From IMG/VR virus record IMGVR_UViG_3300014161_000001, positions 1 through 57,102 of that record: DNA of 57,102 nt; one strand, 5' to 3'. Positions 1 through 7,139 of this stretch are shown piece by piece. The notes under the pieces are model-generated. The model was not told the DNA's origin. It saw only the letters and a program-made list of their open reading frames with translations, and searched no databases. Position 1 is the stretch's first letter; every line of letters begins with the position of its first letter. This stretch comes from a virus. Taxonomy: Duplodnaviria > Caudoviricetes. The translations under genes were made by a program, and so were the position numbers.

Positions 1-41
1 ACCGCGGTGCTGCCGCGCGAGAAGCCGCCGTCGCTACAGCT
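1..41. repeat. Terminal direct repeat, left copy (circular assembly overlap)
   Basis: ACCGCGGTGCTGCCGCGCGAGAAGCCGCCGTCGCTACAGCT is identical to 57062-57102, and an ORF reads in frame across the join. Confidence 0.95.
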
Positions 42-96
42 GCGCAACGCTCGGTACGACCCGTCTCGGCCGACCGCCGAGCGCAGCGAGAAGTAG
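1..96 (+). CDS. 3' end of zinc-ribbon protein that starts at 56522 and crosses the origin
   Basis: Frame is continuous with 56522..57102 and ends ...RPTAERSEK-TAG at 94-96. Confidence 0.8.
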   Translation, partial: TAVLPREKPPSLQLRNARYDPSRPTAERSEK

Positions 97-105
97 GAGT
101 GCGTC

Positions 106-234
106 ATGAAGTCGCAGAAGAGAGCGGAGCCGAAGCCCGCCGCGCCGCCGGCGCGCGACCCGCCGAGGCCGCCCGGCAGGATCGCCAATCTCGGGCGCTG
201 GGCGCATCCGTCGAAGCGCAAGGGCAAGGCTTGA
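106..234 (+). CDS. Small basic Pro/Lys/Arg-rich protein (42 aa)
   Basis: AGGAG RBS at 95-99; MKSQKRAEPKPAAPPARDPPRPPGRIANLGRWAHPSKRKGKA; below the ORF-track cutoff. Confidence 0.65.
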   Translation: MKSQKRAEPKPAAPPARDPPRPPGRIANLGRWAHPSKRKGKA

Positions 235-261
235 CGGCGCATCGGATGTGGAGCGGGGTCG

Positions 262-352
262 ACGTCGGTCTGCGACTCTTTCTTCGGTTTAGTCGCGGGG
301 CGGCTTCATCCTGTTTCCTCCCGTGACTGAGCCCCGCCGAGGCGGGGCTCTC
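262..352 (+). ncRNA. Putative small RNA with anti-Shine-Dalgarno motif
   Basis: TTGACG at 231, GCGACT..AGTCGC hairpin, single-stranded TTTCCTCCC, then a GC-rich hairpin. Confidence 0.35.
329..350. terminator. GC-rich hairpin between convergent units, probably bidirectional terminator
   Basis: GAGCCCCGCC-GA-GGCGGGGCTC perfect inverted repeat lying between + strand genes and the - strand portal. Confidence 0.6.
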
Positions 353-499
353 TGGTTCAGGCGCCGCGGACCGGTTTAGCGAACCGCCCGAACACCTGTA
401 TCTTCCCCTCTACCAGGACGTCGAGGTCGGTCTGGGCGATGGCCCAGGTCGCCGTCGGCGCCTCGATCGTCGAGGAGTCGACGGTCCATGACGCGGTTC

Positions 500-2284
500 T
501 TATTTCCTGCCGCGTTGGTGCGTCGCCAGCTGCAGCGCCTCGGCCTCTTTCTGCGCCTCGGCGCGCGCCACCTCGCGGCGCGTGATCCCGGCCTGGACCG
601 ACTCGGGATCGGCGACGTCGAGGTTGTCGACCGCCTCGACCGCCGACAGCAGGCCGCGGTTCAGCATGTTGAAGACTAAGTTCTGTGCGTCGGCCGAGAA
701 CGCCGGCGACGACGAGTGCTCGTTGACGGTCAAGGTTGCGTCCTCGGGCAGGTCGTCGAGGGTGAAGTAGATCGGGACGAAACCCTTGGCTGGCGGGGTC
801 AGGAGCAGGCTCTCGTCTGGGGTCGTTGCGCTCTGTAATCCCGCTTCCGCCTCGGGGACCCAGGCGACGAGCTTCTTCCTGATGTGGGCGCGCCCCAGGT
901 CGAGGGTCAGCGCGCCGCTGTGCTCGATGTCGCGCTCGATCAGCAGCGCGCGGTCTTTGAAGCGCGGCGAGAACATGCGCACCAGCGTGTCGGCGTGGGC
1001 GCCGGAGCGCACGCCCTTCTCGCCGTGGCCGCGCGCCAGCGGCGGCAGGCCCATCAACTCGTCGAACATCCGCTCGTATTCGTGCAGCGAGCCCCACATG
1101 TCTTGCGGGATTTCGACACGGTCCTTGTCGATTTTGGCGTTGGGGTTCTGGTCGACGAAGTAGCCGCCGGGTTTCTTGTATCTCGACAGCGCCAGCTGGT
1201 TGACGCCGGTGACGCCGGTGAACCGCGTCGTCGGGTCCTCCTGCAGCCGCAGCATCTTGTTGGTGCCGACGAGGCGCGCGTTGATCGCCTCCTGGAGGAA
1301 GATCAGCCGCTGCACCTCCGATGCGCCCCAGAAGTAGGTCGGGATTGGGTTGGGGCAGAACGTGCTGTAGGGGTGGACGCCTTTCAGGCTCGGCGCCGAG
1401 GTCTGCGTCGACGGGTCGAAGGCGATCGCGTTCTGGATCGTGTACTTGCCGCGGATCAGCATGTCGTCGCCGACGATCTGGAACGTCGCCCAGTCCTCGC
1501 GCTCGTCGTCCCAGACCCACGTCTCGCTAAGCTCGATTAGGCTCTGCTCGACCTGCGGGTCGAGCTGCGGCTGCGGCCGCCCCATCCAGTCAACGATTCC
1601 GCGTGTCGGGTTCGCTCCCTGCCCCGCCGCTTGCAGCGGGTAGAGACCGCCGACGACGACGTTCATCGCCGTGCCGCGCGTGTCGGTCAGCCCGCCCTCC
1701 TGTTGACGGGTGTAGTTCTTGACTTTCTTCAGCAATTCGTCGCGGTCGGGATGGTCCTTCACCAGGGCGACGAACTGGTCGCGGGTGATCAGCATGGCGT
1801 GGGCGAAGGCGCCCATGCTCTCATCGAGCCGGTCGTAGTTCTCGCGCAGAACGCCGAAGTCCTCTGGCTGCACCAGCCACGGCGTCATCTTTCTGCCGGC
1901 GAAGGACTGCTTGAGGATGCCTTTGCCGCGGATCAGGCCGAGGTTGACCGCCTGGCTCAGCATCGAATCGGCGTCGCAGCGCCGGTACAGGTTGCGGATG
2001 TGCGCCGCCGCCGCGCGCCCCTTGGCTTCGTTGACCACCGACGGGTAGTCGGGGTCGCCGATGTGGAAGCGCAGCGACACCGGGCTGAACAGCAGCGACT
2101 CCAGGTCGTCGAGCGACACCCACAGCTTGTTGTACATCGCTGGCGTCGCCGGGTCGGCCGAGCCGGTGTCGACGAAGTTCTGGTAGAAGACGCCGCGGTT
2201 CATCCGCGTCTGGCGCGACGACATGCACTGCGAGACGGTGTCGCGGACGAACTGCGTCAGGTTGCCGTTGCGCGGTATCCTCAC
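500..2284 (-). CDS. Portal (head-tail connector) protein
   Basis: 594 aa with protein-like composition; sits between terminase and scaffold/capsid genes; size and layout resemble podoviral portals; no other portal candidate. Confidence 0.75.
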   Translation of the reverse strand: MRIPRNGNLTQFVRDTVSQCMSSRQTRMNRGVFYQNFVDTGSADPATPAMYNKLWVSLDDLESLLFSPVSLRFHIGDPDYPSVVNEAKGRAAAAHIRNLYRRCDADSMLSQAVNLGLIRGKGILKQSFAGRKMTPWLVQPEDFGVLRENYDRLDESMGAFAHAMLITRDQFVALVKDHPDRDELLKKVKNYTRQQEGGLTDTRGTAMNVVVGGLYPLQAAGQGANPTRGIVDWMGRPQPQLDPQVEQSLIELSETWVWDDEREDWATFQIVGDDMLIRGKYTIQNAIAFDPSTQTSAPSLKGVHPYSTFCPNPIPTYFWGASEVQRLIFLQEAINARLVGTNKMLRLQEDPTTRFTGVTGVNQLALSRYKKPGGYFVDQNPNAKIDKDRVEIPQDMWGSLHEYERMFDELMGLPPLARGHGEKGVRSGAHADTLVRMFSPRFKDRALLIERDIEHSGALTLDLGRAHIRKKLVAWVPEAEAGLQSATTPDESLLLTPPAKGFVPIYFTLDDLPEDATLTVNEHSSSPAFSADAQNLVFNMLNRGLLSAVEAVDNLDVADPESVQAGITRREVARAEAQKEAEALQLATHQRGRK

Positions 2285-2400
2285 CTCGATACCATCCTAT
2301 AGTATTGATACGCTTGGACTTTTACGGCATCCTATGTTGACAGCGCTCGTCGGTCCAGCGTAATCTCGCTGTTGTTAAAGGGGGTGAGGCCAGTCTCTTC
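2285..2400. promoter_or_regulatory. Divergent promoter region between portal and head operon
   Basis: AT-rich intergenic DNA with TTGACA at 2337-2342 and TAATCT downstream; GATAC/GTAT half-sites at 2286-2311. Confidence 0.55.
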
Positions 2401-2429
2401 CCCTCGTTTCTCGAACCAAGGAGACTCCC

Positions 2430-2468
2430 ATGGCGCGCCACAAGGGCCGCAAGGGCCGCCGGAAGTAG
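2430..2468 (+). CDS. 12-aa highly basic peptide MARHKGRKGRRK
   Basis: AAGGAGA RBS at 2418-2424, ATG, GC3-rich codons, TAG. Confidence 0.6.
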   Translation: MARHKGRKGRRK

Positions 2469-2539
2469 ACCGGTCGCCGTGCACTCGCGCAGGGGGCGGA
2501 GGGCGAGAGCTCTCCGCCCGTCAGATGTAGGAACCGACT

Positions 2540-2935
2540 ATGCCCATGCCTATTCCCGGCGCTCCGGCCGCTCCGCCTCAGGCGGGCGTCTCCGGTCCGG
2601 CGACCGCTCCCGGTCCTCTGAAGGGCGCGGCGGCGGGTGGCGTGGAGAAGCTGAAGTTGGGCCTGAAGATCCTCCAAGAGGCGCTCCCGGCATTGCCGAT
2701 GGGCTCCGCGATCCACACCGCCACGCTCAAGGCTCTGACCGATATCGGCAAGGCGGTCGAGAAGGAGGGCGGCGGGCGCGGCGATCCCAGCGCGATGATC
2801 CAGCAGCTGGTCGAGCTGGCGCGCAGCGCTCGTCAGGCCGGCGGGTCGGTTCCGCAGATGCCTGGTGCTGGCGGCGCGCCGGCCGCGCCTCCGCCGGGCG
2901 GGGCGCCGCCTGTTTCGCCGCAGATGGGAGCATGA
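2540..2935 (+). CDS. Hypothetical head-module protein, Pro/Gly/Ala-rich ends
   Basis: AGGA RBS; codon usage matches neighbours. Confidence 0.75.
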   Translation: MPMPIPGAPAAPPQAGVSGPATAPGPLKGAAAGGVEKLKLGLKILQEALPALPMGSAIHTATLKALTDIGKAVEKEGGGRGDPSAMIQQLVELARSARQAGGSVPQMPGAGGAPAAPPPGGAPPVSPQMGA

Positions 2936-2938
2936 CAG

Positions 2939-3136
2939 ATGACCTCGGGTAAGTTTCCCAAGCCGTACGCCTCCGACGTGAAGGTCGACCGCGGCATGAT
3001 GGAGTATCCGCCGTTCGAGACGATGGGCATCGGCGCGCGTCCGGCGGGTCTGCCGAAGGGCGATGTCAGCGGGATCAAGTCGCTCGACCACGTCGGCAAG
3101 GATGGCTCGCGCGGCTCGGCGGAGAGGGCCAAGTGA
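2939..3136 (+). CDS. Hypothetical small head-module protein
   Basis: GGAG RBS; overlaps next start (GTGA). Confidence 0.7.
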   Translation: MTSGKFPKPYASDVKVDRGMMEYPPFETMGIGARPAGLPKGDVSGIKSLDHVGKDGSRGSAERAK

Positions 3137-3711
3137 TGGTCGAGGCCACGCAGTCGCAGATTCGCGCCGAGGAGCTGCTGAAGCAGCTGTGGAACGACGG
3201 CGAAGTGGGCGAGAAGGTTCGCAGGGCCGCCAAGGCCAAGTTTCCCGACGTGCCGGTGCTCGACGACGTCGTCGAGCCGTTCGTCGCTCCGCTGAAGGCC
3301 GAGAACGCGGCGCTGAAGAAGCGCCTCGACGACATGGAGGCGGCGCGCGCCGCCGAGAAGAGCGAGGCGGAGAGGCGCGCCGCGCAGACGAGTCTCGAGC
3401 AGGCGCTCGACAAGGCTCGGCGGGATTACAACCTGACCGACGACGGCTTCGACAAGATGGTGGCGCGGATGAAGGAGACCGGCAATTACGCCGACGCCGA
3501 CGCCGCCGCCGCCTGGGTCGCCTCCAAGGCGCCGCCCGCGCCGCCCGGTCCGACGTGGCGCTCGTCCGATCTCAACCTGTTCGGCACGAAGGATAAGGAC
3601 GAGGCGCTGGCGAAGCTGCACCGCGACCCGGTCGGTTTCCAGGACGACCAGATCGAGGAGTTCCTCCGCGATCCGGAGCGGTTCACCAGGGAGACGCTGG
3701 GAGTCGCCTGA
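3133..3711 (+). CDS. Putative capsid scaffolding protein
   Basis: Charged coiled-coil-like 192 aa immediately upstream of capsid gene. Confidence 0.65.
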   Translation: MMVEATQSQIRAEELLKQLWNDGEVGEKVRRAAKAKFPDVPVLDDVVEPFVAPLKAENAALKKRLDDMEAARAAEKSEAERRAAQTSLEQALDKARRDYNLTDDGFDKMVARMKETGNYADADAAAAWVASKAPPAPPGPTWRSSDLNLFGTKDKDEALAKLHRDPVGFQDDQIEEFLRDPERFTRETLGVA

Positions 3712-3762
3712 CCGGCTCTCTTCCGGCGGGCTCGGCTCGCCGACGCAACGCGAGGTTAGACC

Positions 3763-4833
3763 ATGGCCTATCCTACCTCTCCGGTCTCGACGCTGACCGG
3801 CTCCGGCATCACCCCCTCTGGCAACCTGGGCGCCCAGTTGTCGGCGCTCACCAGGAGGGCGTTCATTCCCTCGGTCTACGTCCAGATCTACCAGGCGCAC
3901 CCGCTGCTCAGCCTGTTCATGTCGAGCAGCAAGGCGGCGCGCGGCGGCGTCTCGCAGATCACCGTTCCTATCCAGGGCAACAGCTTCGTTCAGTTCTCGT
4001 GGGGCGGTTTCGACGGCAATTTCCCCATGCCGACCGATCAGGCGGCGATCCAGAACGCTCAGTTCACCCTCAAGCTGGGGATGGTGCCGATCGGCTTCTT
4101 CGGCATGGAGGCGATTCTCCAGTCGTCCGAGGTGGTCATCCCCAAGCTGCGCGCCGTGATGTCGGACGCCGCGGTGGTGATGAAGCAGGCTTACGCGCAG
4201 GCGCTCTATTCGAACAACTACGCCAACACGCAGATCTGGGACTCGCTGTCGCAGGCCTTCGACGACGGCACCAACGTGCCGAGCTACGGCGGCGTCTCGC
4301 GCTCGCCCGGCTCGTTCTGGTCCGGTCAGTTGATTCCCAGCAACGGCGCCGCGGTGACCACCCGTGTCGGCTGCGCCCAGATGCTGTCGCGCGTCCAAGC
4401 CGGCGCTGGCGGCGAACCGCCGGACTTCGGCGTCATGCACCCGGCCAACTGGGCCGAGCTGATGACCGACTTTATGAGCCTGGAGATGTATCAGACTCGA
4501 CCGCGCTCGATCTATGACAAAGACGACGTGGTCAACGCCGGCTTCCGCGGCATCAAGGTGCTCGACACGCCGATCTTCCCCGATCCGTTCTGCCCGCTCG
4601 GCTCGGCGTTCTTCCTCAACTCCCGCTACACCGGCATGTATATGAGCGAGTACGCACCGATGACCTTCTCCGGTTTCGAGCCGCTGATCAACGTCGGCCA
4701 GATCGCTGACGTCGGCGTTCTCATCTCGTGCGCGAACATCGTCTGCGCCAAGCCTTCGTCCGGCGCCCAGGTGACCGGCATCACCGGCGCCGCCTGGCAG
4801 TCCGTGCCCGGCACGACGCCGGCCGTGATCTGA
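3763..4833 (+). CDS. Major capsid protein
   Basis: 356 aa, GAGG RBS, follows scaffold; HK97-fold-like features (N-terminal LSALTRRAF..VQIYQAHPLL, GFRGIKVLDTPIFPDPFCP, FFLNSRY). Confidence 0.8.
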   Translation: MAYPTSPVSTLTGSGITPSGNLGAQLSALTRRAFIPSVYVQIYQAHPLLSLFMSSSKAARGGVSQITVPIQGNSFVQFSWGGFDGNFPMPTDQAAIQNAQFTLKLGMVPIGFFGMEAILQSSEVVIPKLRAVMSDAAVVMKQAYAQALYSNNYANTQIWDSLSQAFDDGTNVPSYGGVSRSPGSFWSGQLIPSNGAAVTTRVGCAQMLSRVQAGAGGEPPDFGVMHPANWAELMTDFMSLEMYQTRPRSIYDKDDVVNAGFRGIKVLDTPIFPDPFCPLGSAFFLNSRYTGMYMSEYAPMTFSGFEPLINVGQIADVGVLISCANIVCAKPSSGAQVTGITGAAWQSVPGTTPAVI

Positions 4834-4845
4834 AGGAGTTGAACT

Positions 4846-5973
4846 ATGGGTCTCTACGGCGGTAACGGCCTCACTCCGTCCCTCGGCGGCGGCTTGACGA
4901 CCAACAGGATCGCGCTCAAGGCCGGTCAGACGTGGACCATCCCCTCCGGCTGGTTTATGGTGCGCCCCGGTCCCTACACGACGATCCAGCAATACGATGC
5001 GATTCTCGGCATCTGGTTCTCGATCGGCGGCGGCGGATTCGGCGGCAGCGTCGAGTATGTCCACTCGGACGGCCAGAACTACCGGCTCGCCAACCAGAAT
5101 GGCTGCGTTGTCGGCGCCGTGATCACCAACGTCGGTTCGGGCTACACGACCGCGCCGACGATCGCCGCCGGCTCGGGCGGCGCGATCTTCAAGACGATCA
5201 TCGGCGGCGCGGTGGCGACGCCGACGATCACCAACGCCGGCACGAACTACACCTACCCGCCGATCGTCGCCTTCTCTGCGCCGCCGGCCGGCGGCGTGCA
5301 GGCGACCGGCTACGCGACGTTGTCGGGCAGCACGGTCTCCGGCATCACCGTAGTTGATCAGGGCGCCGGCTATTCCTCGGCGCCGACGATCGCCCTCCAG
5401 AACGATCCGCGCGAGGGTCTGAACGGCACGACGGTCGGCTACAGCGCCGCCGCTGTGACGACGCTGACCGGCTCGGGCGAGATCACTGCGGCGTTCTGCG
5501 TCGATCACGGCACGCCGATCGCCTTCACCGCTGGCTCGGCGACCTCGATCCCGACGCTGACGCTGTCCTCGGCGCTGAACTCGGCCGCCGTCACGGCGAT
5601 CATGAATTGGTCGATCGTCGGTTTGCAGTCCGGCACTTACGGCAACGGCACGTCCGGCGTCGGCGGCTCGAACGCCACGCAGGTCACGGCGACCGGCGTC
5701 GATCAGCCGACCGCGGCCAACGCCACCGTGCTCAACACCGCGATCCAGTCCAATCTGGTCAGGACGCGCCAGGCCTTCCTCACGGCGACGGAGTCGGGCG
5801 GCGCGCTGCCGGCTTATGGGTCGTGGGTGGTGCGCGACGGCGGCATTTACACCGGCACGCCGCTGATGATCATCTCGGCGCCTGCCGGTCCCGCGGCCGG
5901 TTCGCTGACGACGGCGTTGGCGACGATGGGCTATTTCGCCTCCGACACGAGCTACATCGAAGGGCCGGCTTGA
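4846..5973 (+). CDS. Virion structural/decoration protein with GSGY repeats
   Basis: AAGGAG RBS directly after capsid; Gly/Thr/Ala-rich with ITNxGSGYTxAP repeats. Confidence 0.7.
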   Translation: MGLYGGNGLTPSLGGGLTTNRIALKAGQTWTIPSGWFMVRPGPYTTIQQYDAILGIWFSIGGGGFGGSVEYVHSDGQNYRLANQNGCVVGAVITNVGSGYTTAPTIAAGSGGAIFKTIIGGAVATPTITNAGTNYTYPPIVAFSAPPAGGVQATGYATLSGSTVSGITVVDQGAGYSSAPTIALQNDPREGLNGTTVGYSAAAVTTLTGSGEITAAFCVDHGTPIAFTAGSATSIPTLTLSSALNSAAVTAIMNWSIVGLQSGTYGNGTSGVGGSNATQVTATGVDQPTAANATVLNTAIQSNLVRTRQAFLTATESGGALPAYGSWVVRDGGIYTGTPLMIISAPAGPAAGSLTTALATMGYFASDTSYIEGPA

Positions 5974-5997
5974 TCTGACGTCCGACTTCGTCGGGGA

Positions 5998-6030
5998 GCC
6001 CGCGCCTGCGAACAGCGGGCGCGGGTTTTT
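5998..6030 (+). terminator. Rho-independent terminator
   Basis: GCCCGCGCCTGC-GAACA-GCGGGCGCGGGT followed by T run. Confidence 0.8.
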
Positions 6031-6042
6031 CATTGGTGGGTC

Positions 6043-6843
6043 ATGACGCTCAGCCAGCTCATCGACGACACGGCGCAGCTGTTGAACGACCCGAACTTCT
6101 CGTTCGCCTCGCGGCCGCAGATGCTCCGCTGGGTGAACGAGAGTCGGCGCAACTGCGCCAAGCGCACCGGCTGCATCCGTCGTCTCATCACCGGTCAATC
6201 GGCGTTCGGGGCGAGCGCGCAGCCGGGCTATGCGATTCCCGGCGCCATGCAGCCGGGCGCGCTGACCGACGCCTTCCCGCGGGCCGTCTCAGGGACCTAT
6301 GGCGCCGTGCAGAACGCGATGATGACGATCCCCGGCGTCGAGCGCTACCCGTTCCGCGGCTTCTTCAACCCGTTCCTCCAGGCGCAGTACGCCGGCTGCG
6401 ACGAGGTTGTCGACGCCGTCGCGCTCAGCGTCAACTGGGGCGGAACGACGCGGCCGACGCTGGACTGGCTGCCGTGGGACGACCTACAGGCCTACGCGCG
6501 GGCCTACGCGGTGCTGAACACATCGTGGCCGTCGGTGTGGTCGGTCTACAACGACGGGCCGGACGGCGAGATCTGGGTGTTTCCGGTCCCCAGCCAAGCG
6601 ACCGAGATGGAGCTTGACGCGTTCTGCCTACCCAAGCGCGTCTACACCGACGACGATGTCGACGCCATCCCGTCGGGGATGCAGGAGTGTCTCAAGTTCG
6701 GTGCGGCGGCGCTCGTCTTCATGGCGCGCGGGCGCTACGCCCAGGCGCAGATGATGGAGAACCAGTTCGCTGACCAGATGGGCGTCGCGCGTGTCGCGTT
6801 TGATCGCGGTAAGACGAAGTCGTACTACTATTCAGTACCTTAG
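6043..6843 (+). CDS. Head-tail adaptor / tail tubular protein A-like
   Basis: N-terminal MTLSQLIDDTAQLLND..WVNE and IWVFPVP motif typical of adaptor proteins; position after capsid. Confidence 0.65.
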   Translation: MTLSQLIDDTAQLLNDPNFSFASRPQMLRWVNESRRNCAKRTGCIRRLITGQSAFGASAQPGYAIPGAMQPGALTDAFPRAVSGTYGAVQNAMMTIPGVERYPFRGFFNPFLQAQYAGCDEVVDAVALSVNWGGTTRPTLDWLPWDDLQAYARAYAVLNTSWPSVWSVYNDGPDGEIWVFPVPSQATEMELDAFCLPKRVYTDDDVDAIPSGMQECLKFGAAALVFMARGRYAQAQMMENQFADQMGVARVAFDRGKTKSYYYSVP

Positions 6844-6857
6844 CGGGCTGTGACGAT

Positions 6858-7139
6858 ATGCCGCAGGACCACGTCGCCTCGACTGTCGCTCAGGCCCGCG
6901 TCATCCGCGACGGGCTCGACCCGGCGCGGGTCGAGACGCCGATCCGCACCGCGACGCTGGCGCTGTTGCTCGATACGCTGATCGAGCTCGGCGCGCAGCC
7001 AGCCGCCGATAGGGCGCGCGAGGCGGCGCGGCGCGCGGTCGAGGGCCAGACAATGTCGATCGCTCGCGCGCAGGAGTCGTTCCAGAAAGTGCTGGAGGCG
7101 GAGAGAGCCGCCGAGGAGGCGCGTCTTGCCCGACTCTAG
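6858..7139 (+). CDS. Hypothetical protein
   Basis: Fills gap between adaptor and nozzle genes; helical composition. Confidence 0.6.
   Translation: MPQDHVASTVAQARVIRDGLDPARVETPIRTATLALLLDTLIELGAQPAADRAREAARRAVEGQTMSIARAQESFQKVLEAERAAEEARLARL

Noticed and set aside
1-41. 41-bp terminal repeat as a biological direct terminal repeat
   Set aside because: It falls mid-gene and has a k-mer-like length; best explained as circular assembly overlap.
234-2430. Invertible portal segment controlled by the serine recombinase
   Set aside because: No matching inverted repeats were found by eye on the two flanks; kept only as an orientation anomaly.
2833-6198. 1121-aa minus-strand ORF and similar long antisense ORFs (11114-13228, 14041-16968, 53948-55792)
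   Set aside because: These are shadows of GC3-rich plus-strand genes: Arg-rich, with no motifs and no RBS.
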